Shown here: positions 20,792 through 30,653 of the stretch, piece by piece
How the letters are laid out: every line of letters begins with the position of its first letter
Numbering within the stretch: position 1 is the stretch's first letter
DNA from: Promethearchaeota archaeon
GTDB taxonomy: Archaea; Asgardarchaeota; Lokiarchaeia; Sigyniarchaeales; SOKP01
Assembly (NCBI GenBank): GCA_048941285.1
Contig: JBHLNS010000001.1
Coordinates: 64,001 to 128,000 of the forward strand
DNA: 64,000 nucleotides
Direction: 5' to 3'
Translations under genes and position numbers: made by a program
The notes under the pieces: model-generated
Databases searched by the model: none
What the model saw: the letters and a program-made list of their open reading frames with translations, nothing else
Told to the model about the DNA's origin: nothing

Positions 20792-22068
20792 AAAGGTCGT
20801 CGATTTCGTCTTTTTTCTAATAAAGAAATGCCATGAGCATTAAGGCTCCTGGTTAAATTGTTAAATAATATATTAACTTCTGAGGATTTAAATACAGCTC
20901 TTCTATGTGCTTCAATTTGGGGGATTGGTAAACCATAATGTTCATTCAAACTTGATATTGGTAATAGAATCGAAGTAATTAAATCTGCTATCTCTGTAGC
21001 CTTTTTATATGAATGTTTTTCATCCATAAAAAATTCAATTCTACAAGGTGCATCATTTCGAGCTGTTTTAAGATAGAAAGCATAAAAGGACAGAGGGAAA
21101 TAATATGGAATTTCTTTTTTGATCCCTGTATCTCGTATTTTATCAATTTCTCTTTTACAATTAAAAATGCAGCTTCTTTCGGATTTATTCATTATTCTAT
21201 TAAATAAATCTAGATCTGAAAAATATTCCATTACTTTTCGATAATCTACTTTAATAAAATCAGTTAATCTTGAGTAATTAGGCTTTAATAACTGGATAGA
21301 TTCTCTTAATAGATGGCACAATGCAGAAGTCCTTGTATCCTTAATCGAACCAATTAATAATATCCCTTTTTCTTTACAATTTAAATATAATTTGTGATAT
21401 TCTCTTAATAATCTGTCATAGTTTTTAGAAATTTCAGGATCTTTAGAAAATACTAAATTTATTGGCATAATAACAATAGAACCATCAATTATTATCATAT
21501 CAATATCAGAGGATTTTTCAATCATATTATTTAAAAGGTTGATTTCCATGAATGTCATATCAATAGAGATTTTATTTTCAACGGCTATGTCGTCTTGATT
21601 AAATAAATTGCCTTGAACTAAATAATTATTAAAACCATTAAGATCAGGATAATATGCAATATTTGCAATATGATTTTTTTTAAAATAATATTTTACTGCA
21701 ATAGCCTTTAAGAATGAGAAATCTACATTTGCATATTTCTTTGTTACAGAACTTCCATCTACACTTACTACGTTTAAACCCCTAATATTTGCAGATTGAC
21801 CAACCTTTTTCAAAAATTCTTCTTTTATATAAAATTTGGGAAAATTAATAAATTGAGTAAAATCTAACTCATTCAAATTTTTAAGAATTATTTTAACAAA
21901 TGAATTCTTTATTTTTTCAAGTGCTAAATATTCTTCTACAATTAATTTAAGGTGATTATGGAGAAGTTGCTCTTTTGTTAAACCAACATTATTAATAGCT
22001 TTATTATCATGAGAGAAATTTTCTAGCTTTGTATTTTCTAAACTAATATACTTATCCCTAATTGTCAT
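20788..22068 (-). CDS. nurA: NurA-domain nuclease
   Basis: VSVDGS, IIIDGS, IGSIKD and YGLPIPQIEAH motifs. Confidence 0.8.
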   Translation of the reverse strand: MTIRDKYISLENTKLENFSHDNKAINNVGLTKEQLLHNHLKLIVEEYLALEKIKNSFVKIILKNLNELDFTQFINFPKFYIKEEFLKKVGQSANIRGLNVVSVDGSSVTKKYANVDFSFLKAIAVKYYFKKNHIANIAYYPDLNGFNNYLVQGNLFNQDDIAVENKISIDMTFMEINLLNNMIEKSSDIDMIIIDGSIVIMPINLVFSKDPEISKNYDRLLREYHKLYLNCKEKGILLIGSIKDTRTSALCHLLRESIQLLKPNYSRLTDFIKVDYRKVMEYFSDLDLFNRIMNKSERSCIFNCKREIDKIRDTGIKKEIPYYFPLSFYAFYLKTARNDAPCRIEFFMDEKHSYKKATEIADLITSILLPISSLNEHYGLPIPQIEAHRRAVFKSSEVNILFNNLTRSLNAHGISLLEKRRNRRPF

Positions 22069-22161
22069 AAACCTACAAAAAATAGAATTAATAATAATTA
22101 TAATGAGATCTTTAATTTTTTGATTTTTAAGTATTAAATTTCAAATAAAATATTTCATAAA

Positions 22162-22803
22162 ATGACTCTAAAATTAGGAGAAAATACTTGGATTTTAATC
22201 GGCTTAATGTTCTTAGAGGTTTCTTTTGTTGTTTTCCCTGCTTTAGTTTCCAGTAAATTGATGAAGACATCCTTTATAAATGAAATAAATGAGATGGGTT
22301 TTCAAAAAAATAAGAAACTGTTTATAAAAATAATCTCGGGTTTAGCTTTTGGTCTTTTATTTTTCTTTTTAAGTGGTGTTATCATCACTTTTTTTAGAGA
22401 TTTTATTGTAAGAAATTTATTCGGCAACGAATTTGTTGAGCTTGCTGAAATAGGAGCTATTGACACAGCACCTATTCAACCTAACCTAATGCAATTGGTT
22501 ATCTTAATAATTATCCAAATGATCATAACTGGGCCATGTGAAGAAGCCTTCTTCAGGGGATTTCTCATTAAAAAATTTAACCTCAAATTAAAATCTACCT
22601 ACTCAATTTTAATTTCATCCATTTTTTTTTCTCTGTATCATGTTCCACCGTTTTTAGTACCTTTACCGACGATTATAATGTTTTTTGGATATTATTTTAC
22701 TTTCGGACTTTTATTATCGTCTATTTTCATAATTTTCAATTATTCAATAATACCATGCTCTATTGCCCATTCCTTTTTTAATATCTTATTAATATTAATT
22801 TGA
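22162..22803 (+). CDS. CPBP family intramembrane metalloprotease
   Basis: EEAFFRG, FSLYH and IAHSFFN motifs. Confidence 0.88.
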   Translation: MTLKLGENTWILIGLMFLEVSFVVFPALVSSKLMKTSFINEINEMGFQKNKKLFIKIISGLAFGLLFFFLSGVIITFFRDFIVRNLFGNEFVELAEIGAIDTAPIQPNLMQLVILIIIQMIITGPCEEAFFRGFLIKKFNLKLKSTYSILISSIFFSLYHVPPFLVPLPTIIMFFGYYFTFGLLLSSIFIIFNYSIIPCSIAHSFFNILLILI

Positions 22804-22954
22804 TTTCAAGCAAGAAATTAAAATTTTTAAATTAGACAAAAATTAATTAATATTAGGTATATTAATATCATAAAATAAAATTTAATCTGCCTTAATACAA
22901 AATTTTAATCAATCTGCGTAGCTAACGAATAAAAACCGTAAAAATAATAAAATA

Positions 22955-23494
22955 TTGATTAGATTGACACAATACGATTACACGTTTAAAGTATTAATGT
23001 TAGGAGATGCTTCTGTAGGTAAAACATCTCTTACAATAAGATATATTTCGGGTTTTTTCCAAGAAGACTTGAAATTAACGATCGGAGTGGATTTCTATTC
23101 AAAGACAACTAATTTCAAAGATAAAAAAGTAAAACTGCAAATATGGGATTTTGGAGGGGAAGAACGATTTCGATTTTTACTCTCTCAATATTGTAAAGGT
23201 GCTAATGGTGCTTTTTTTTTGTATGATATTACTAATCAATTATCATTAAATCACCTTCCTGATTGGACACAAGTTATTAGAGAGCATTCAGGAGATATTC
23301 CAATAATGCTAATTGGCTCTAAGGTAGATCTTGATGAATTTAGAGTAGTTCCTAGAGATGACGGCATACTAGCAGCAAAAAAGTATAATCTCGCTTCATT
23401 TGTAGAATTATCATCGAAAACAGGAGCCAATGTTGAAAAAACTTTTAATGTAATGACTGAAATTCTTTTGAAAAAGTTTTCAAACGAGTTTTAA
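22955..23494 (+). CDS. Rab-like small GTPase
   Basis: GDASVGKTS (G1), TIGVDF, WDFGGEERF (G3), SKVD (G4) and SSKT (G5); TTG start at 22955 or 22964. Confidence 0.9.
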   Translation: MIRLTQYDYTFKVLMLGDASVGKTSLTIRYISGFFQEDLKLTIGVDFYSKTTNFKDKKVKLQIWDFGGEERFRFLLSQYCKGANGAFFLYDITNQLSLNHLPDWTQVIREHSGDIPIMLIGSKVDLDEFRVVPRDDGILAAKKYNLASFVELSSKTGANVEKTFNVMTEILLKKFSNEF

Positions 23495-23600
23495 ATCTTA
23501 TTTCTTTATCGCTATTCATATTATTATTTATTAATTAATAGACACATCTTTATAATACATAAGTTCATTAAATAACTATAAATAAATAGAGATAATACAT

Positions 23601-24134
23601 ATGGGAGATCCTAACAAAGAAGAACCTCCAAGACCTAAAGGATTGAATATAAACACCCAGGCACCATTGTTCGATACTATGGATATTTATGAAAATCCTT
23701 TGAATCTAAATGATCTTCTCAAGATTTATGATGGAGTTATGATAGACTTTTTCAGAGGAAATTGGTGAAGTCATTGTAAAAAACACTTAAAACTGCTGAC
23801 TGAAAATATATCTGAGTTTCAAAAAAGAAAAATTAAGTTAATCTCTATTGCCAGTGATAGTGTAAGGCTTTTAAGGAAATTCAAAGAAGAAAATAATTTT
23901 GATGTTGATATGATTTCTGATAGAGGTGCTAAAATAGCAAAACAATATGATGTTTACTGGTTTGCACCTGGTGGAGGAAAAGATTATAAAATAAAACAAG
24001 CAGTTCCCAGTAAATTCTTAATCGATAAAACAAACAAAATTATTTGGAAACATATAGGAAAAGATAAAACAGACAGACCTTCAATTGAAATGATGACCAA
24101 TATAATTGATAAATATATTAAAAATCCCCATTAA
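23601..24134 (+). CDS. Peroxiredoxin-like (AhpC/TSA, thioredoxin-fold) selenoprotein, 177 aa, UxxC motif
   Basis: ATG 23601 is open to a single in-frame TGA (23766-23768) in FFRGNW-U-SHC, then continues in frame into ORF 23910-24134; SECIS-like hairpin directly after the stop. Confidence 0.88.
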
Positions 24135-24136
24135 GA

Positions 24137-24173
24137 ATGATTTAAGTGTTAAAAAGTGAGACACTCAAGGACA
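24137..24173 (+). promoter_or_regulatory. Eukaryote-type SECIS element
   Basis: ATGA(T) core, stem TTAAGTGTT/GACACTCAA (8 of 9 pairs), A-rich apical loop AAAAAGTGA, closing (G)GA(C); starts 3 nt after the selenoprotein stop. Confidence 0.8.
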
Positions 24174-24285
24174 ACCTTGCGCGGGTTTTGGGATATTATA
24201 TTTTTTTTAATAAGATTAAAAATTTATAAAACTTCATTTTTGGAGAGTTAATTTATTAAAATTAAATGTTTTTTTAAAAACCATA

Positions 24286-24939
24286 ATGAAAATTTCATGA
24301 TTACAACCAGAAATAATAAGAGGAGATCTGCAGCATAATGTGAAAAAGATTCAAAATTTAATAAATAAAAGTAAAGGAGATTTGTTGGTATTACCAGAAT
24401 ATGTATTAACTGGGTCACTTGTAATGGATAGTAAAGCTAATGTTATAGAGTGGAGTAAAAAATCTGAATACGCAAAAAGTAACCTTAAAGTTCCTAATGG
24501 TAAAATTCTTTTACTGAATTTTTTAAAAAGGATAAATAATAGACTTTATAATATAATTGAGCTATTTCCAACAAGTGATTACCAAATAAAAGTCTACCCT
24601 GATGATATTGAAAAAAAAAATGGAATAAAATCTGGTAAAGAACATAAAATATTTGAATTCTTTAATAAAAAATTTAAAATTTTAATCTGTATGGATTTTA
24701 AATTTATTGATACTATTCCAATTGATAATATTGATTTTTTTATATGGATTTATCATTTTACAGAGGAAAATTATCCAAGAATGCTGAAATTATTAAAGTA
24801 TTATGTTAAAAATAAGAATATACCAATATTAGCAAGTAGCTTAGTAAGTGATAAAAACTGTGGATTTAGTACTTATATTGATAATAAGAAGGTTGTTACT
24901 TTATCTAATTTTGAAGGTATACTTGAAATAGAATTGTAA
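24286..24939 (+). CDS. Carbon-nitrogen hydrolase (nitrilase family) with in-frame TGA at codon 5; recoded or pseudogene
   Basis: MKIS*LQPEIIRGDLQHNVKKI..., DLLVLPEY (catalytic E), K and LICMD (catalytic C). ATG 24286 is in frame with the ORF-track GTG at 24340. Confidence 0.7.
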
Positions 24940-24954
24940 GAATTTTATATTAAG

Positions 24955-25137
24955 CTAATGATTAAATCTTACATATTTAATGTGCTTTTTGATTAAATTA
25001 TTATACCGAAATCCTGTTTCATATTTATTACCACACTTAGAGCAATAATATTGAGTGCAATTTAAACAGTTTTCACGATGTACAATATAGTCACTCATAA
25101 GATCTCCACACTTCTCACATTTTGTGCTTGATGACAT
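24955..25137 (-). CDS. Small Cys-rich (zinc-finger-like) protein
   Basis: Three CxxC pairs in 60 aa; ATG start. Confidence 0.5.
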   Translation of the reverse strand: MSSSTKCEKCGDLMSDYIVHRENCLNCTQYYCSKCGNKYETGFRYNNLIKKHIKYVRFNH

Positions 25138-25229
25138 AAGATAAAACTATGATCTAAAATCTATTTAAAATAAATAGGTAAGATGATTTTGTAATAAAAC
25201 AAAAAGTGGTTTTGGTAATTTTTATTTAC

Positions 25230-26075
25230 CTAAATCCTTCCTTGCTCAACTTTTACATAGCTAGCTTCCATATAAAATCCAAGAAAAATGACACCGAATA
25301 TGATTAAATCAATTACTTCTACTACATTTATATAAGATGTATTTTCCCCTAGAACACGTTGAAAAACAGGCCTTAATATCTGGGATAGTAAATATGCAGC
25401 AAACCCAATCATCAATATAAGAGAATTTACCTGAGAAAGGCGCTTGTTTTTATGTGAAAAAGCAAAAAGCCATACAATTACCAACAAAGAAGGGATTACT
25501 ACTGCAGGTAATAGAAAACTTATTGACAGTGTATTAGGAACTATTATTACAGCAGTGGATTCAACGATAACAACAATTATGACTATTAGTAAACTTGTTT
25601 TGTTTCTAGATGATTCGTCCCTAAGATTTTGAAACCTATCTCGTAATGAGAGCGAGAATAAGATCATTGTAATACTTAAATAAATCAATGAGAGTACTGT
25701 AAAAATGATAATAAAATACCTAATCTTAATAACAAATAAATTCAGTGGTTCTGTAAAGTATAAATAGGTGAAGTCAAAGAATAAATCAATCATTTTCCCA
25801 AACGTTAAAAGAATAAAAAAGATCGCAAACAAAAAAGGAAGATCTGAGAGAAATTGTGTCTCTTGTTTAAACCATTTGTAAAACATATACATTGAACTTC
25901 CCAGCAAAATCAGAATTCTGACTAAGACAATAATAACGACTAACTCCATTCCTTGAATTTCATTATAAGCTTGAATTATGATCGGGAGATTCAGAAAATA
26001 AAGCATAAAAATCAATATAAAACCTATTAAAGACCCTAATGAAAGCGCTAACTTGTACCAATTACTTTTTTTCAT
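25230..26075 (-). CDS. Polytopic membrane protein, unknown function
   Basis: About 8 hydrophobic segments in 281 aa. Confidence 0.7.
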   Translation of the reverse strand: MKKSNWYKLALSLGSLIGFILIFMLYFLNLPIIIQAYNEIQGMELVVIIVLVRILILLGSSMYMFYKWFKQETQFLSDLPFLFAIFFILLTFGKMIDLFFDFTYLYFTEPLNLFVIKIRYFIIIFTVLSLIYLSITMILFSLSLRDRFQNLRDESSRNKTSLLIVIIVVIVESTAVIIVPNTLSISFLLPAVVIPSLLVIVWLFAFSHKNKRLSQVNSLILMIGFAAYLLSQILRPVFQRVLGENTSYINVVEVIDLIIFGVIFLGFYMEASYVKVEQGRI

Positions 26076-26250
26076 TTAAATTAACCTCTTTTTAAAACTA
26101 AATTTAATCACCAGTTTTTTCTAAATTATTAATAAAAAGTAATCTCTTTTTTCATCAATCTATCACAAACTATCTTCGAGAAAAAGACCTAAACTCATAC
26201 AACGGATAAAAAAAAAAAAATTAGATTATTAAGAAAATATAATTTTTTCC

Positions 26251-26796
26251 TCACTTCTTAATTCTTTTAATTATAAGAACAACTAATCCAACTAAAAAAT
26301 ATGCTATGGCCGCAAATAAAAAACTAAACTTAAATAAAGCACAAAATGACGCCATAAAAGAGTTAATAACCGAAATTGAGGTCGGAGTCCCTAACATTGT
26401 TAATAAATTAGTATTTTCGATAACATCTAAAATCCCTGTTAAAAATGGTGTTAATGCAAAATACAAACCTATAGATTGGAGTTTACCCTCTGATTTCCTT
26501 AATACGAGTGTTATTAAACCGAATGACAAGGAAACATAACCCACTATAAATAAGAAATCCCAACATATAGCTATAAACTGACTTGCAATTCCTGCAACTC
26601 CCCATGTTAAAAATATTAACTCAACTTTATCTGGATTCCAAGCGAATTCGAAATCAAGAATCCCATATGTTAGTAAGCCAAATTCGATAGGAATAAAAAT
26701 TAGTAAATAGATTAATAACACCATCACTAAACCTATTATAACCATTAAAATCGCATATTTGTCTTTTGGAGACTTTTTAAGCCTGTTTAAAAACAT
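26251..26796 (-). CDS. Membrane protein, unknown function
   Basis: About 4 TM segments; DFLFIVGY and LDVIEN motifs. Confidence 0.7.
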   Translation of the reverse strand: MFLNRLKKSPKDKYAILMVIIGLVMVLLIYLLIFIPIEFGLLTYGILDFEFAWNPDKVELIFLTWGVAGIASQFIAICWDFLFIVGYVSLSFGLITLVLRKSEGKLQSIGLYFALTPFLTGILDVIENTNLLTMLGTPTSISVINSFMASFCALFKFSFLFAAIAYFLVGLVVLIIKRIKK

Positions 26797-26962
26797 TTTC
26801 TCTTCACATTATTATTAATCATAATTATGAATATATTCTGTTAATAATTTTATTTAAAATTAGCAAAATTCTTCATAGAAGTTAATTAAATAAAAGATGA
26901 ATAAAAAAAATAAAAAAAGCTGAAAATATTAAAATCGCATAAATAAAATCAATCTGTATGAA

Positions 26963-27169
26963 TTAGATTAATCCAATAGCGATTTTCATATCTGCAGCAG
27001 TAACTTTCTTTCTACCGGAGTGTTTTGCAATATCAAGCGCGCAACCAGTTAAATTTTTAGCATATTCCTCTAAATAATCCATTAATTTATCAACTGCGGC
27101 TCGGCTTACGATTTCCGCTCCGGCTTTTTTCATTAGAGCCCGTAATGGACTCCATGCAAATGCAGCCAT
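26963..27169 (-). CDS. Archaeal histone (HMf-like)
   Basis: SPLRALMKKAGA..VSRAA...AKHSGRKKVTAADM histone fold; GGAGG Shine-Dalgarno upstream. Confidence 0.93.
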   Translation of the reverse strand: MAAFAWSPLRALMKKAGAEIVSRAAVDKLMDYLEEYAKNLTGCALDIAKHSGRKKVTAADMKIAIGLI

Positions 27170-27682
27170 TTTTTTTTTCCTCCACTATAATTATATTTGT
27201 TTTTTAAATCTTTTTTTTAAAATGTATTTAAATTTTAATTAGTATTTCTTATATTTAAATGTGTTGGTTGATCATCCTTAATTCGATACTTCTGATCAAT
27301 CAAATACAGTCGACAAAAAAAATTGACGAAAAAAACTTATAAATTTTTTACTAGTCTTTTCAAATAACTAGAAATGGTTAATTTTTGATTTCAGATAACA
27401 CAATTATGGGATCAATACAATTAACTTTATTATATTTTGGTTCAATATATTAACCAAATCATTATAAACATGATAATAGATAAAAGATCAGGTATATAAT
27501 CGAGCCGAAAATCTACATAATAATAATTGTGAAGTATTAATAATTACCTTTCAAAAATATTAGATTTTAATTATTAATTTTTTTTAAATAAATTTAAAAT
27601 TTTAAGAAACCTTCCTAATAATTTTATTATAATTTACTTTAATTAGATTTAAGTAAAAGATATCAAATTCAAGTATATAAAA

Positions 27683-28753
27683 ATGAGTGAAATTAAACCA
27701 ATAGTTTTAGTTGTGTCTGATATTCATTTAGGTTCTTTGGATTGCAGAAGGGATTTGTTTATTCAATTTTTAACTAAAATTACTAATGGAACATTTGGAA
27801 ATAAATTACAAGCACTTATTATATTGGGAGATTTTATTGATTTATGTACCGATATCCCTAAGACCCTATTAGAAAGGAAAAAAATCCAAATTATATTCTC
27901 GCTTTTAATGGAAATTAAAAAAAAAATAAATGTCATTTTCGTACTTGGAAATCATGAAATCCCAGTTACGGGAGATTATGATCTAAAATTTAAAAGTCGA
28001 AAAGATAAGTTTCTAAAAAGATTTGAGAGTAGCAATTTCAATGAATTATTTGACAGAGAGTTTTTCTGTCAATATTTAATACTAAAAAAATCCAATAATG
28101 AGGATCTGCTATTATTATATAATTCACGAGATCAAATTGAAGAAAATCCTATTAATAAAGTTAGAATTCATGGTTTAGAATTAGAGAATGATTATGAATG
28201 TTTTATGACACATGGTTATCAGTTTGACAGTGATATATATCGGTTTTTTATAGGGCATATATGGAAATCCTTAATAACTAATAATAAGTTTGAGATCAAA
28301 GAGACTTATGATTACTTCTGGAATGAAGTTATAAAGAATGAAAGAAAGATTAAACCGATCACTTTTGAAAACATGAAAATGGAATTAGCTAGGTTAAAAA
28401 ATAAATCTTTAGAATTCATAAATATGCTTTTTACTGAGTTAAGTTATTTAGAATTTAATTTAATTAAAGCAAATATGCGTGTATTGAAAAATTGGCATCG
28501 AGCAAGTAAACCGGATTATTATTTTGATGAAATAAAATCTTTTTTTGAAAATAAACATTATAATTTTTCAAAAATAAATCATATTATTTATGGACATACT
28601 CATCACAGTGGAATGGCTTATGGAAATATTAACAATCAGAGAGTAGAGATAATTAATGATGGTGCTTGGCAACATGTGATCCCTTCTTATGTAGAAATTC
28701 TCATAAAAGGAGATTTAATATTAAGATCTTTTTCAAATGCAATTAAATCATAA
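27683..28753 (+). CDS. Calcineurin-like metallophosphoesterase
   Basis: SDIHLG, GDFID, GNHE, THG and GHTH motifs. Confidence 0.88.
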   Translation: MSEIKPIVLVVSDIHLGSLDCRRDLFIQFLTKITNGTFGNKLQALIILGDFIDLCTDIPKTLLERKKIQIIFSLLMEIKKKINVIFVLGNHEIPVTGDYDLKFKSRKDKFLKRFESSNFNELFDREFFCQYLILKKSNNEDLLLLYNSRDQIEENPINKVRIHGLELENDYECFMTHGYQFDSDIYRFFIGHIWKSLITNNKFEIKETYDYFWNEVIKNERKIKPITFENMKMELARLKNKSLEFINMLFTELSYLEFNLIKANMRVLKNWHRASKPDYYFDEIKSFFENKHYNFSKINHIIYGHTHHSGMAYGNINNQRVEIINDGAWQHVIPSYVEILIKGDLILRSFSNAIKS

Positions 28754-28879
28754 AAATTAAGAAAATTTTGAATCTTTTCAACTCTGATTTATTTTTAAAT
28801 GTTCAAAACCTATAAATCCAAGCTTTTATTTTTAAATAATAAGTTTATTTTTTTAAAGTATAATAAAACTATTAATCTC

Positions 28880-29488
28880 ATGTCTGAGCAGATACGTACT
28901 CCTTCTGAGATAAATGATAAAGAAAAACCAGTTTATATTTTTAAAATCACAATTTTGGGTCAGGAACGAGTAGGGAAAACGTGTATTGCAAGAAGATTAT
29001 GTTTTAATACATTTGATGTAAATACAAAAGAGACACTAGGAATCGAATTCTATACAAAAGATCTTCCGATTATTGTTGATGGAGAAGAATCATTCATTCG
29101 ACTTAGTATATGGGATTTTGGAGGACGTGAACAATTCAAAAAATTATTTCCTTATTATATTAACGGCGCTAATGGATTATTTATGGTTTTTAATCTTATT
29201 GATCTCCAAACATTATTAAGATTAGACTGGTGGTATGAAAAGCTTTCAGAATATAATCATGCAAATACACCAAGAATGTGTATTGGTGCTAAGAATGATC
29301 TTGTGAAAACTGCAGATGAAAAATCTAAAGTAGATGATTTAGTAATTAAAAGGTTTATGGAAAGACATGAAGAGAATGATTTTTATAAAACTTCTTCGAA
29401 AGAGGATTATAATATCAAAGTAATTTTTAAAGAACTTGTCATAAAAATATTAGAAAGAAATAAACTTGACTATGATAGACTAATTTAA
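28880..29488 (+). CDS. Rab-like small GTPase
   Basis: GQERVGKT, TLGIEF, WDFGGREQF, AKND and TSSK motifs; ATG at 28880 preferred. Confidence 0.88.
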   Translation: MSEQIRTPSEINDKEKPVYIFKITILGQERVGKTCIARRLCFNTFDVNTKETLGIEFYTKDLPIIVDGEESFIRLSIWDFGGREQFKKLFPYYINGANGLFMVFNLIDLQTLLRLDWWYEKLSEYNHANTPRMCIGAKNDLVKTADEKSKVDDLVIKRFMERHEENDFYKTSSKEDYNIKVIFKELVIKILERNKLDYDRLI

Positions 29489-29562
29489 AGAACTTTATGG
29501 GCTAGTTTTTAAAAGATCTCATTTTTTATAATATCAATACAATTAATTTGAGGATATTGAGA

Positions 29563-30642
29563 ATGGTTGAGATATTTCATGAATTAGATGGAGATCTTTC
29601 AATTTTAAATGATAAAACTATTGCTATTATTGGTTATGGAAATCAAGGAAGAGCCCAGGCCCTTAACTTAAGAGATTCTGGTTTAAATATTATTGTAGGC
29701 AATATTGAGGATCAATACCGAGATATTGCTTTAAAAGATGATTTTTCAGTCTTTACAATAAAAGAAGCTACAAGAAAATCAGATATAATCTTTTTATTAC
29801 TCCCAGATGAAATTATGAATGATATTTTTGAAAATTATATTAAACCAAATTTAAAACCAAAATCTTCAATTGTATTTGCCAGTGGATATAATATCGGTTT
29901 CAAATTATTAAAACCACCTGATAATATAGATGTAATGCTAATTGCCCCTAGAATGATTGGAGTGGGAGTAAGAGAAAATTTTTTGAAAAAAACAGGCTTC
30001 TTTAGTTTTATTGCCATTGATCAAGATGCTTCAGGGCAAGCTAAACAAATTCTACTAGCATTAGCTAAGGCTATAGGGACATTAAAAAAAGGAGCAATAA
30101 TGCTGACTTTCAAGCAAGAAGCTGAATTAGATTTATTTAATGAACAAGCATTCGGACCTGCATTTGGAAGGGTTCTATTAACAAGTATTTACACACTGAT
30201 TGATGCGGGATATCCCCCAGAAGCAGTTTTAATTGAAATGTATTTGAGTAATGAGATGTCGTATACATATAAAAAGATGGCAGAAGTAGGATTAGTTAAA
30301 CAAGTAGACTTTCATTCTCAAACAAGTCAATATGGTGCTATGAGTAGAGGAATAAGATTTAGAAAGCTCCCCCTTAAAGATAAAATGGAGACAATTTTAA
30401 AAGAAATTCAAAATGGAGAATTTACCAGAGAATGGGAAAAAAAAATCACTAAGTTGAAATTTAAAATGATAAAATTTTTGGCAACTAGGCAGAAAATTAA
30501 TAAATTAGAGAAAAAAGTGAGAAAAAATCTTAAATTAAAACTCTATGATATTTATGAAGAAGACGCACCAACAGAAGCCGAACTTGCTGAAATTGAAAAG
30601 ATTTCAGAAGAATTAAAAATATTTGAAGAATATTATAAATGA
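29563..30642 (+). CDS. ilvC: Ketol-acid reductoisomerase
   Basis: IIGYGNQGRAQALNLRDSG, LLPDE, DLFNEQ and SQTSQYG motifs. Confidence 0.9.
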   Translation: MVEIFHELDGDLSILNDKTIAIIGYGNQGRAQALNLRDSGLNIIVGNIEDQYRDIALKDDFSVFTIKEATRKSDIIFLLLPDEIMNDIFENYIKPNLKPKSSIVFASGYNIGFKLLKPPDNIDVMLIAPRMIGVGVRENFLKKTGFFSFIAIDQDASGQAKQILLALAKAIGTLKKGAIMLTFKQEAELDLFNEQAFGPAFGRVLLTSIYTLIDAGYPPEAVLIEMYLSNEMSYTYKKMAEVGLVKQVDFHSQTSQYGAMSRGIRFRKLPLKDKMETILKEIQNGEFTREWEKKITKLKFKMIKFLATRQKINKLEKKVRKNLKLKLYDIYEEDAPTEAELAEIEKISEELKIFEEYYK

Positions 30643-30653
30643 TTATTTCTAAC

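Noticed and set aside
20788-22068. NurA as part of a herA-mre11-rad50 operon or a defence system
   Set aside because: No HerA, Mre11, Rad50 or Argonaute gene is adjacent. The metallophosphoesterase at 27683 is distant and cannot be called Mre11.
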